DNA of 64,000 nt, taken from assembly GCA_965237985.1 (NCBI GenBank), contig OZ250161.1, positions 1,771,913-1,835,912 on the forward strand, in the 5' to 3' direction. The stretch comes from Candidatus Oxydemutatoraceae bacterium. Its GTDB lineage: Bacteria > Pseudomonadota > Gammaproteobacteria > Poriferisulfidales > Oxydemutatoraceae. Below are positions 26,783-36,198 of the stretch, piece after piece. The first letter of the stretch is position 1; each line of letters starts with the position of its first letter. Made by a program: the position numbers and the translations under genes. The notes under the pieces were generated by a model. It ran no database searches. It saw only the letters and a list, made by a program, of their open reading frames with translations, and was not told the DNA's origin.

Positions 26783-28630
26783 TCAGATCGGTTGCTTTAC
26801 AGGAGAGGCCGGTTTTTTATTCAGCCAGGCATCCATAATTTTCCGTGCGGCGGGTGCCGCGTGGCGGGCGCCGCTGCCAGCGTGTTCCATGATGACCGCC
26901 ACAACGATACGAGGGTCATATGCCGGTGCGAAAGTGATAAACAGGGAATGGTTGCGTCGATGCTTGGGTATCTCTTTTTCTTTGTGGTCCTTGTCCCGAT
27001 CAATCCTGGTGGTTTGAGACGTCCCGGTTTTGCTGGCCACCAAGTAAGTGATGCCGTTGCGCAAAGCACGGGCCGTTCCTTGCCGGTCATGCACGGTATT
27101 GACCATCGCCTTTATGACGGCAGACCAATTTTCCGGTTTTAGGGAAATATTTCGGAAAATCTCGGGCTTGATTGGTGACCAGTCGTGCCGGTTGCTACGG
27201 ATACCTTTGAGCAGATGGAGTTTGTAAACTACACCACGGTTGGCAAGTGCCATGGTCATTTGTGCCAATTGCAAGGGGGTTGCGGAAAGAAAAGACTGAC
27301 CTATTCCTATCAACAGAGTTTCTCCCGGCATCCACGTCACCCCGTACGTTTTCAGCTTCCATTCCGCGGAGGGAACAAGCCCGGCGCTTTCGCCAGGAAG
27401 ATCAATGCCGGTCTTTGTTCCCAGCCCAAAATTTTTCAGTGCTGGGTGAATATTTTTCATTCCCAAGCGGTTTGCCAGTTCGTAGAAATAGTAATCACAG
27501 GACCGGCTGATCGCTTCATTCAGGCTGACAAGCCCGTGCCCACCTGGTTTCCAGTCGTAAAAGACCTGGCCGCTGCTTCCGGCGATGGTGTATACCTCTG
27601 CGGCGTACATGAATTCATCCACCTTGATCACCTCCGTCTCCAACCCCTGTAACGCAATAACCGGTTTGACAACGGAAGCCGGTGGGTAGGTCCCAGATAT
27701 CGCACGGTTGAACAGAGGACCTCGAGAATCAGATTTGAGCAGATCGTAGCTATGTTTGTCCATGCCGCGGGAAAACCAGTTGGGATCGAAAGAAGGTTTG
27801 CTGACGAGAGCCAGGATTTCTCCGTTACGAGGGTCCAACGCGACCACTGCTCCCTCATAATCGCCAAGGGCAGCGTAAGCCACACTTTGCAGTTCAATGT
27901 CTATGGTGAGTTGCAAGTCGTTGCCTGGCAGCGGATTCTGTCCTCCAATCTGACGAATGACACGGCCGTGCGCATTGATTTCCACCTGTTGCATTCCGGG
28001 AAACCCGTGAAGCAATTTTTCGTATTGTTTTTCGATGCCGGTTTTCCCGGTCCGTCTGGTGGCAAGGTAAGTTGCCTTGTCGATTTTCTTGGCTTCGCTT
28101 CCGTTTATGTCGCCCATGTGTCCGGTGACATGTGCCAAAATCTCGGCATGGGGATAAAACCGCCCTTGGACACCCGCCATGTTGGCTCCGGCAAGCCGAT
28201 GGGACCGGGCAGCAAGAGCCGCGACCTCCTCCTCCTGCAAAACATCTTTTAATACGAACGGTCTGTGGCTTCCGGGGCGAGAAAGATGCCTCCGTAACTT
28301 TGCGGTCTTCTTTTCATCCACAGTGATGATTTTTTGGATCCTGGTTAGTAGATCGTCCATGTTGTCAACCAGGGCAGGATGGATTTCCAATTGATACACC
28401 AGGCGGTTTTCGGCGATGCTTTTCCCATTTCGGTCATAGACTTTTCCGCGTGCCGGTGCCACGGATACATCGTGTATCCGGTTATTTTCAGACCACTTCT
28501 GATAATGTTCGTGATCGAAAAACTGGAGTTGCAGCAGGTAGGCGGAAAGCCCTGCGCAAACGGTAAACAGCAGCCCGAACAACAGCCACAGCCGACGCAT
28601 GAAAGTGAGATCAGGGGGAGGGCTGAACAT
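26783..28630 (-). CDS. mrdA: Penicillin-binding protein 2 (elongasome transpeptidase)
   Basis: N-terminal TM anchor. SxxK (ASVVKP), SxD (SRSCDYYF) and KTGTSQ appear in order. The mrdA-rodA arrangement is present. Confidence 0.9.
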   Translation of the reverse strand: MFSPPPDLTFMRRLWLLFGLLFTVCAGLSAYLLQLQFFDHEHYQKWSENNRIHDVSVAPARGKVYDRNGKSIAENRLVYQLEIHPALVDNMDDLLTRIQKIITVDEKKTAKLRRHLSRPGSHRPFVLKDVLQEEEVAALAARSHRLAGANMAGVQGRFYPHAEILAHVTGHMGDINGSEAKKIDKATYLATRRTGKTGIEKQYEKLLHGFPGMQQVEINAHGRVIRQIGGQNPLPGNDLQLTIDIELQSVAYAALGDYEGAVVALDPRNGEILALVSKPSFDPNWFSRGMDKHSYDLLKSDSRGPLFNRAISGTYPPASVVKPVIALQGLETEVIKVDEFMYAAEVYTIAGSSGQVFYDWKPGGHGLVSLNEAISRSCDYYFYELANRLGMKNIHPALKNFGLGTKTGIDLPGESAGLVPSAEWKLKTYGVTWMPGETLLIGIGQSFLSATPLQLAQMTMALANRGVVYKLHLLKGIRSNRHDWSPIKPEIFRNISLKPENWSAVIKAMVNTVHDRQGTARALRNGITYLVASKTGTSQTTRIDRDKDHKEKEIPKHRRNHSLFITFAPAYDPRIVVAVIMEHAGSGARHAAPAARKIMDAWLNKKPASPVKQPI

Positions 28631-28633
28631 GCT

Positions 28634-29170
28634 TCAGTTTGGCGAACCGGAAGCACGTTCGCGGCATTCATTCAGAGCCTGGCAAATCTCCTCTACCCCC
28701 ATCCAATTTTTGATCTTGACCCACTTTCCCGGTTCCAGTGCCTTGTAGTTCTGAAAAAAATGAACGATCTGGTCGAGTATTCCCTTGGGCAGTTCCTCGT
28801 AAGTGGCGACCTGGTCGTAACCGCTGTGCAGTCCCAGTGCCGGCACCGCCAGCACTTTTAGATCACGTCCTGCTTCATCGCTCATTTCCAGCCCGCCGAC
28901 GGGTCGACCTGGCACTACTGACCCGATTTGAACGGGTGTGGGAGTCAGGATCAAAGCATCAAGGGGATCGCCATCCTCGGACAGAGTATCCGGAATGAAG
29001 CCGTAATTGCAGGGATAAAACATCGGAACGTTGATAAAGCGGTCAACAAAAACCATGCCGCTGTTTTGTTCAATTTCATATTTTACCGGCGGCGAGAGTG
29101 CCGGAATTTCCACGACCACATTCAATCCATGAGGGTAATTCTTGCCCGGGCCAATTTTTTTTATATCCAT
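28634..29170 (-). CDS. ppa: Inorganic pyrophosphatase (family I)
   Basis: 178 aa. VVVEIP..SPPVKYE and YPCNYGFIPDTLSEDGDPLDALIL are family I PPase signatures. Confidence 0.9.
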   Translation of the reverse strand: MDIKKIGPGKNYPHGLNVVVEIPALSPPVKYEIEQNSGMVFVDRFINVPMFYPCNYGFIPDTLSEDGDPLDALILTPTPVQIGSVVPGRPVGGLEMSDEAGRDLKVLAVPALGLHSGYDQVATYEELPKGILDQIVHFFQNYKALEPGKWVKIKNWMGVEEICQALNECRERASGSPN

Positions 29171-29269
29171 TCAGTTACTCCTGGCACGCTTGTGTCGGGC
29201 TGTGGGCGTTCCGGGGCAGTCACCTTGAAACCTCACAATTCGGGGCACTGTTTTCTGAACAGGAGACGG

Positions 29270-29602
29270 CTATTGTGTTTTTTTGGACCGGGATGCCACA
29301 CCATCGACGAGTTTCTGCAACTCACCACTGTCAGACATTTCCAGCACGATGTCACAACCCCCGATCAATTTTCCGTCTATGAAAAGCTGTGGGAAAGTCG
29401 GCCAGTCGGAAAAGCCCGGGAGGTTCTGGCGCACATCATTGTCCAGAAAGATATTCACATAGGCAAAGGGCTGGCCACACTGCTGGAGTGCCTGCACGGT
29501 ACGGCTGGAAAACCCGCATTGCGGCAACTGCGGCGTGCCTTTCATATAAACAATGATCGGGTTGCTGCCGACCTGCTCCTTGATTCTGTCCATTACATCC
29601 AT
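29270..29602 (-). CDS. grxD: Monothiol glutaredoxin (Grx4 family)
   Basis: 110 aa with the CGFS active site (PQCGFSSRTVQAL) and WPTFPQLFIDGKLIGGCDI. Confidence 0.85.
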   Translation of the reverse strand: MDVMDRIKEQVGSNPIIVYMKGTPQLPQCGFSSRTVQALQQCGQPFAYVNIFLDNDVRQNLPGFSDWPTFPQLFIDGKLIGGCDIVLEMSDSGELQKLVDGVASRSKKTQ

Positions 29603-29795
29603 AGTTAAACATTATCTCCTTTCAAGCTAAAACCGCGAGTGCCGCGGGGAACCGCAAGCCACGCGCCAGGTCCGCTTCATAAAGGCAACATGTTAACCCG
29701 GTTTTGCTGTTGTTTCCCTAAGCTGCCGCATCACCCCCGGGTTCTGTGCAGACAGGAAGCAAGCGGTGCCACTGTTCATGGTGCCTCGTTTTCCT

Positions 29796-31493
29796 TTACT
29801 TTTGTGACGAGGTCGCGTCTTTGTGTGTTGTGTGCGGCGGGTGACCTTGTGTCGATGGTTCCGTTTCGCCGTAACCACCGCCACCGGGTGTTGAAATACG
29901 CAAGACATCCCCAGCGCATGCTGAAAAAGTTACTTTTCCAGGAAGTGGTTTTTCGTTGTGGCGGTTTTCGCCCTTTGCACCTGCTTTACCTCCCGCCAGG
30001 CCCCATGGGGAGAGTCTGCGACGCTCGCTGAGTACAGTGACCGTGGTTGGGGAAAGGAACCCATATTCCCGAATGATGCCGTCGCCGCCGCGGAAGCGCC
30101 CACTACCACCAGAACCTGGGCGCAGAGCGTAGCGCAAAATGCGCAAGGGGTATTTCATTTCCAGCTCTTCAATGGGGGTGTTCAACGTATTGGTCATGTG
30201 CGATTGCGTGCCTGCTCTCCCGTGGATGCCGTTTTTCGCTCCGCAGCCACCGGCGATGGTTTCGTAAATCGCCCAAGGGTTTTTTGCTGTTGCATTGCCC
30301 ATCGCAATATTGTTCATGGTACCCTGGCTGGCTGCTACCTGCGAGTCGGGGATCGCCTGCCCCATTGCTCCGAGCATGCAGTCCACAATGCGTGAGCTGG
30401 TTTCCACGTTTCCCGCCGCCACAGCAGCCGGGTAGCGGGCGTTGACTAAAGTTCCCTGGGGAGCTTTGATGGTGATTCCTGAAAATAATCCGTGGCAGGT
30501 GGGTGCGTAATCAGGCATCAGGCAACGAAAAACATAATGCACTGCGGCTGTGGTGACCGGCAGAGGACAGTTCACGTTTCCGGCCACCTGTTTCGCAGTT
30601 CCCGCAAAGTCCACGACGAGGCGGGAATTGGCGTTTTTCAGCGTCACTTTGATGGGGATGTTTCGGTTTCCACTGCCATCATCATCGAGGTAATCCGTAA
30701 ATTGCCAGCGACCTGCGGGTAATCGGGACAGTGTAGCGGCCGACAACCGTTCTCCGTAGGCGTAGAGCTTCTCAAGTGCCAGAAAATATTTGTCAATGCC
30801 GAGAGTCTCTATCAAGGTGCGAAGTCTTTCCAGGCCATAAAGATTGGCACTGAATTGTGCGGCATAATCCCCGATTTCATTTTCCGGGTTACACGATCCC
30901 GCTGAGAAAACCGCGATTTTTTGTTTGTCCAGTTTGTTTCCCCGGGTAATCCATTGAGGTTTTATAAATACGCCTTCCTGTTCAATGTGGGAAGAAAGCG
31001 GCATGCCACCCGGGACAATGGCCCCAATATCGGCATGATGTGCGCGATTCACAACAAAGCCGAGCAGCTGACCGGAAATAAAAAGCGGCGCGACCAAAGT
31101 CACGTCCGGTAAATGGGTGCCGCCCCGGTATGGATCATTGAACACCAGCATCTTTCCGCTTTTCCATTCGAACTGCGAAACCAGTCCCAGTAATGCACAT
31201 GCCATGCTTCCCAGGTGCACCGGGATGTGTGCTGCCTGCCCGGCAAGTTTGCCCTCGCTGTCAAAAACTGCACATGAATAATCGAGCCGGTCACGAATGT
31301 TGGCTGAAAAAGCAGTGCGTTTCAAGCGGCTGCCCATTTCATCACTGATCGCTGCCAGGCGCTGACTGAACAAACTTTGTTCGATTACATCCAGGGGTTT
31401 TTTCTCGTCTGTCGAGTGACTGGTCTGGTATCGACAACCTGGTTGTTCATGGTGTTTGCCCGGCGGGTGTTCGTTGCGGGGAGACGCATTCAT
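29796..31493 (-). CDS. Hydantoinase B / 5-oxoprolinase B-type subunit family protein
   Basis: ISDEMGSRLKRTAFSANIRDRLDYSCAVFDSEGKLAGQAAHIPVHLGSM is typical of the hydantoinase_B family. No A-type partner lies on either side within the window. Confidence 0.8.
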   Translation of the reverse strand: MNASPRNEHPPGKHHEQPGCRYQTSHSTDEKKPLDVIEQSLFSQRLAAISDEMGSRLKRTAFSANIRDRLDYSCAVFDSEGKLAGQAAHIPVHLGSMACALLGLVSQFEWKSGKMLVFNDPYRGGTHLPDVTLVAPLFISGQLLGFVVNRAHHADIGAIVPGGMPLSSHIEQEGVFIKPQWITRGNKLDKQKIAVFSAGSCNPENEIGDYAAQFSANLYGLERLRTLIETLGIDKYFLALEKLYAYGERLSAATLSRLPAGRWQFTDYLDDDGSGNRNIPIKVTLKNANSRLVVDFAGTAKQVAGNVNCPLPVTTAAVHYVFRCLMPDYAPTCHGLFSGITIKAPQGTLVNARYPAAVAAGNVETSSRIVDCMLGAMGQAIPDSQVAASQGTMNNIAMGNATAKNPWAIYETIAGGCGAKNGIHGRAGTQSHMTNTLNTPIEELEMKYPLRILRYALRPGSGGSGRFRGGDGIIREYGFLSPTTVTVLSERRRLSPWGLAGGKAGAKGENRHNEKPLPGKVTFSACAGDVLRISTPGGGGYGETEPSTQGHPPHTTHKDATSSQK

Positions 31494-31955
31494 GGTGTCT
31501 GTGAGCGGTTTGCGGACACAGGCATAAACAGCTGAAGCCGATGCTCAGGGTTCCTTCTTCATGGTCTACGGTCCACATGATCCTGTTTACTTTTTCAGCC
31601 CATTGCTTCCCTGCTGGAATCTTTATTTCAGCCAAGAGGAATAAACTCCCAAAAAGCATAACACGAACGCCGCGGTCGGATCATCATTGTTGTTCCGGCA
31701 GCCAAGTGGTGTCTGAGCCGTGGCGGTTCGGAGTGTTTGCGCCCGTGCTGTTCGCCCACAGAAACATGGGATGACAGGTGCTGTTTGTAGCACTATAATC
31801 CAGTGGGTTGGAATTCGAAGCAACACAGGAACGCAACACAGGGAGGTGCACAGTGAATCCGTTAGACTCTATTTTGGGAACCATTTGCAGTGGTTTTGTT
31901 TTGGCGGTTGTCATCGCCCTCATACTTTAAGTGGTAACTTTCCGGAGGTACGACC

Positions 31956-32480
31956 ATGGAATTTAATTTAGCTCCACTCGTTGTCTGGCTGCATGTTCTG
32001 TTCGGTATCACTTGGATAGGACTGCTTTATTACTTCAATTTCGTGCAGGTACCTGCGGTTGGTGCGGCACTTGCCGACGAAGGAGGCCCGGGACCGGCGG
32101 GAATCAATAAATATGTAGCCCCACGGGCGCTGGCGTGGTTCAGATATTCGGCTTTGTTGACCTGGCTTAGTGGTGCAGTAGCGCTGGAGGCGTTGTGGCC
32201 GGGTCAAGGCTTTTTGCAGGCTTTTACTTTTTCCGGACCGCCTGGTGCGGTGTTGGGATTGGGTGCCTGGCTTGGGACGATTATGCTTTTCAATGTCTGG
32301 GGATTGATCTGGCCAAACCAGAAAAAGATTTTGGGGCTTGGAGGCACCAATGCCACGGCTGATGAAAAAGCCAAAGCCAAAAGAATCGCCCTGATGGCAT
32401 CGCGCGCGAACACCCTGCTTTCCATTCCCATGATCATGTGCATGATTGGAGGGGGTGCGGGTCACGGGTTGCCTTTCTAG
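31956..32480 (+). CDS. Small integral membrane protein (about 4 TM helices), possibly related to the PuuD-type N-terminal membrane domain (uncertain)
   Basis: GGAGG sits 6-7 nt upstream of the ATG. Hydrophobic segments carry WLHVLFGITWIGLLYYFNFVQVP. The family assignment is from memory only. Confidence 0.6.
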   Translation: MEFNLAPLVVWLHVLFGITWIGLLYYFNFVQVPAVGAALADEGGPGPAGINKYVAPRALAWFRYSALLTWLSGAVALEALWPGQGFLQAFTFSGPPGAVLGLGAWLGTIMLFNVWGLIWPNQKKILGLGGTNATADEKAKAKRIALMASRANTLLSIPMIMCMIGGGAGHGLPF

Positions 32481-32571
32481 CCGGTCCATCTTTTAAGCGG
32501 AAGCTTCTTTTTCCCAGTCAGCCGCGGGCTGATTCTCTGGTCCGGTGTTTTGCTCCGTTTAGCGCAAGACC

Positions 32572-33756
32572 ATGCAATGTACGAGTCTTTTTCAAAATTA
32601 CCGGAGACTGCCTGTCGCTTTTGTTGAAGGTGAAGGTGCCTGGCTGTGGGATGAGGCTGGCAGAAAATATCTTGATGCACTGTCCGGTGTTGCCGTGTGT
32701 TCTTTGGGCCATGGTCACCCGGCGGTCAGCGCTGCGTTGTGTGCACAGTCCAAGAAACTAATTCACACATCCAATCTGTACGAGGTATCTGCACAGGAAA
32801 AACTTGCGCAACAGTTGACTGCCATTGCCGGGATGGAAGTTGCGTTTTTCTGCAATTCAGGGACTGAAGCGAACGAAGCGGCGATTAAGCTGTCCAGGTT
32901 GGCTGCGCTGGAATTCGGCAATGAAGCTCCGGTCATCATCACCATGAATGGTGCTTTTCATGGCAGAACTTTCGGTGCTTTCAGTGCCGCCAACCCGAAT
33001 AATTCCGAATACGGCCCCCTGTTGCCAGGCTTTTACGCAGTGCCTTTTCATGACACCGTGGCCCTGAGAGAGGCTGGTGAAAAAATCCCCAAGGTCTGTG
33101 CGGTGATGCTGGAGCCTGTGCAGGGTGAAGGGGGAGTGAGGCTGGCATCCGATGATTATTTGCGTGAGGTCCGTTCGCTTTGTGATGAGCGAGGCTGGCT
33201 GATGATATTGGATGAAGTGCAAACCGGCATTGGCAGAACCGGTGCTTGGTACTGCTTTCAGCACAGTGGCATCAAGCCGGATATATTGTGCACTGCCAAA
33301 GCGTTGGGTAATGGGGTTCCCATCGGCGCCTGCTTGGCGAGCCGTGAGCTTGCCAAGTTTTTGTCTCCAGGAAAGCACGGTTCAACTTTTGGTGGCAACC
33401 CGTTGTGTTGCGCCGCCGCGACTGTCGTATTGCAAACTATCGCGGACACCAACCTGGTTGTGCGGGCAGGTGAAGTCGGCAAAAAAATCCTTGATCGTCT
33501 GGTGCAACTGCAAAAAGAATTCCAATGTATCGTGGATGTTCGCGGGCGTGGTTTGATGATTGGTATAGAGCTTTCCCGCCCATGTGGGGCACTGGTTCAG
33601 GCGGCCTTGGACGAGGATCTTTTGATCAATGTCACTGCAGGCAATGTCATACGTCTGTTGCCGCCTTTGATCATCAGTGATGCACAGGTGGATTTGCTTC
33701 TGGACAAACTACGGTTTCTGTTGAAAAAATTTGATGACCAGGAGGCCATGGCATGA
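32572..33756 (+). CDS. argD: Acetylornithine aminotransferase (class III PLP aminotransferase)
   Basis: YRRLPVAFVEGEGAWLWD, LDEVQTGIGRTG and the PLP-Lys region CTAKALGNGVPIGA. A 4-nt overlap (ATGA) with argF. Confidence 0.85.
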   Translation: MQCTSLFQNYRRLPVAFVEGEGAWLWDEAGRKYLDALSGVAVCSLGHGHPAVSAALCAQSKKLIHTSNLYEVSAQEKLAQQLTAIAGMEVAFFCNSGTEANEAAIKLSRLAALEFGNEAPVIITMNGAFHGRTFGAFSAANPNNSEYGPLLPGFYAVPFHDTVALREAGEKIPKVCAVMLEPVQGEGGVRLASDDYLREVRSLCDERGWLMILDEVQTGIGRTGAWYCFQHSGIKPDILCTAKALGNGVPIGACLASRELAKFLSPGKHGSTFGGNPLCCAAATVVLQTIADTNLVVRAGEVGKKILDRLVQLQKEFQCIVDVRGRGLMIGIELSRPCGALVQAALDEDLLINVTAGNVIRLLPPLIISDAQVDLLLDKLRFLLKKFDDQEAMA

Positions 33757-34661
33757 CCCCACCTCGACATTTTCTCACTTTGAGTGATTTGCATCCCGAT
33801 GAACTGGATGCTCTTTTTGTTTCTGTGAAAGCATTAAAAAGCCTTCCTTCCGGCACTCAGCAACAGTCTCTTGCCGGTCGGCATCTGGTGATGTTGTTTG
33901 AAAAATCTTCAACCAGGACGCGAGTTGCTTTTGAAATTGCCATGCATGCGCTGGGCGGGCACACGACTTTCCTGAAAGGGGAAGACAGTCAGATCGGACA
34001 AGGCGAAACCTTGGCGGACACGGCACGTGTTCTTTCCCAAATGGCAGATGTCCTGGTAATCCGGACTTCAAGCCACGACCGGGTTGAGCAACTGGCGGCA
34101 CACGCAGACATCCCAATCATCAACGGTCTCAGCGAATGCCATCATCCATGTCAGATTCTGGCTGATGTGTTTACTTATCAGGAATTGCGTGGTTCGATCC
34201 GAAATCGCAAAGTGGCATGGTTTGGCGATGGGAATAACGTCTGTAATTCGTACGTGGAAGCCGCGCGGGTTTTTGGTTTCCATTTGCACATAGCCTGTCC
34301 GGAAAGCCATGAACCCTCCCTGGGACCTTTTGGAGATGGGAACGGTCAGGTAAAAATTACTCGTGACCCCGTTGTGGCGGCTCGCGATGCCGACTTGGTG
34401 GTAACGGATACCTGGATGAGTATGGGAGACGAAGGGGAGAAAGAAGCGCGCATGAAAGTTTTTACACCCTATCAGGTGAACGAAGCGCTCATGAAACACG
34501 CCAAAGCGGATGCCTTTTTTATGCACTGTTTGCCGGCGCACCGAGGTTTTGAAGTCAGCGATGCAGTGCTCGATGGTCCGCAAAGTGTTGTCTGGCAGGA
34601 AGCGGGAAACCGCTTGCATACCCAGAAAGCGTTGCTGAAGTTTTTGTTGTCAGGTCAGTAG
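33753..34661 (+). CDS. argF: Ornithine carbamoyltransferase
   Basis: STRTR (FEKSSTRTRVAFE), HPCQ (ECHHPCQILAD) and HCLP (FMHCLPAHRG) motifs. Confidence 0.9.
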   Translation: MTPPRHFLTLSDLHPDELDALFVSVKALKSLPSGTQQQSLAGRHLVMLFEKSSTRTRVAFEIAMHALGGHTTFLKGEDSQIGQGETLADTARVLSQMADVLVIRTSSHDRVEQLAAHADIPIINGLSECHHPCQILADVFTYQELRGSIRNRKVAWFGDGNNVCNSYVEAARVFGFHLHIACPESHEPSLGPFGDGNGQVKITRDPVVAARDADLVVTDTWMSMGDEGEKEARMKVFTPYQVNEALMKHAKADAFFMHCLPAHRGFEVSDAVLDGPQSVVWQEAGNRLHTQKALLKFLLSGQ

Positions 34662-34699
34662 ACGGGGGGCAAGTTCTTTCGGCATTTCATAAACGGATC

Positions 34700-35975
34700 C
34701 TGTGAGTGGTCTGCTTTCCCACCCAATCCACTGTTGCAGTCTGGTTTTTCCAGATCCGATTTTGATGACGGCTAAGCATGAAACGCAAACGGTTTGCAGA
34801 AGAACCAATGATTTCCATACTGTAAGCGGAGTGAAGCGAGGATTGCTGACTTGGAGTTGCCAAGATCTTTGTTATGGTGATCGGGTGTCATACCTGTCCC
34901 TGAAGCAAGAGCGACGTCTGCCGTGGTGCACGTACGACACCAAGTGATACGGTCTGATCTTGTTCTGCCAGTGTGACTGTTTTTTTGCCCGCAGGTTCTC
35001 GAGTGTTGCTTTTTTCAGTGCCATTCCAGCCAACAATTTTTTCAGTTTGGCATTCCATCAGACAGCGTTATTTTTGGTTGCCTGAGCAGTGAGATTTCCG
35101 TGCCGCCCTGACTGACCAAGATGTTCCTGGTTTTTTGGACAGTTTGGCGGCTTTGTTCAAGGTGTATTGCGATTGCCAGGTCACACCGCCAGGTTCACCT
35201 GCAATGTTTTCATCCAGCTTGATTACAGATTGTCTTTTTCGCTAAACACCATGGTGGAGCTACCACGTCAAACACCGAGTGTGGTTTTTTGTTGTTGCGG
35301 GAATTGACCCAATCATCAGTGGCTTGCGCAGTCGTCCTCCGTTGTTGGCGGTAGATTTTCTCGTATTGAAAGGGGCGTCAAAATCTTGCCACCATGTTCT
35401 TGTCCATCAACTTCTCGGCCAGCTATGGAAATCTTGCTGCCAGCTACTGGTAATCGTTCAGTGCAGGTCAGTCTGTAAATTGGTCACCTTGTCTGGTGTC
35501 GAAAATTCCTGGCTTGTCGTTGTGTCTTGGTGTCCCATTACCGGATTCAGCGGCGATTGTCCGAGGATGGTGTTCGACAGTCGTCATGTCAGAACCTTGC
35601 GCTTAGCCCAGTCCAGGATGGTAATCAGGTAGAACAATCCATGCGTATCGCTATGTATGTGATGTCAAGTGCAGCCATATCAGGTCTGGTCGCTTGATTG
35701 CCATGTACGTTAAGCAGATAAGTCCAGAACAGATACTGGAAGGTCTGGCGTGTGTGGGGGGGGGTAGCTTGTTGGCGTAGGTGTTGTGTCAAAGTTGGAT
35801 GCCAGCAGGCAAAGTAATGGTACTGAAGGCCGGTTCCCATGCGTATGCGAAACCGGAGAAGAGATTGTGAGTGGTTATGAAGCATGGTGGTCAGTTGGGG
35901 CGAGTGAACAGAGATTCCAGACAGCTCGATGGGTGAGATACCAGCATAAGCGGACAAAAAGGCCGGTTTCAAGAG
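34700..35975 (-). pseudogene. Degraded IS3-family (IS407-group-like) transposase fragments
   Basis: The minus strand of 34981-35055 reads NAKLKKLLAGMALKKATLENLRAKK, an OrfA leucine-zipper end. The minus strand near 35640-35700 reads RPDMAALDITYIAI, the region of the first catalytic Asp in OrfB. The minus strand of about 35590-35640 reads ILDWAKRKVL. Multiple stops and frameshifts are present, and the fragment order suggests two remnants or a rearrangement. Confidence 0.45.
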
Positions 35976-36198
35976 CTGAGCTTTGCGAAGCGACTCCGTA
36001 CCTGAGTGGAGTGACTAAAGAAACAGTATAAGTTGGCGGGCGCTGGAAGTAGTACGCATCAGCATAGCTAAGGCAGACAAATGCCATGAGTTTGTCTGTA
36101 GAGTGAGTATGGAGATCCCAAATCAGCGTGGTCAGATGGAGCCGAACAGGGAGTATCACGGGAACAGCATGACTGTCATCGTTTTGCCGGGGACATAA

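Noticed and set aside
34778-34822. Plus-strand MKRKRFAEEPMISIL as an IS3 OrfA N-terminus
   Set aside because: It is immediately followed by stops. The better-supported IS3-like readings (leucine zipper, then an OrfB N-terminal-like region) run through this segment on the opposite strand, so it is probably coincidental.
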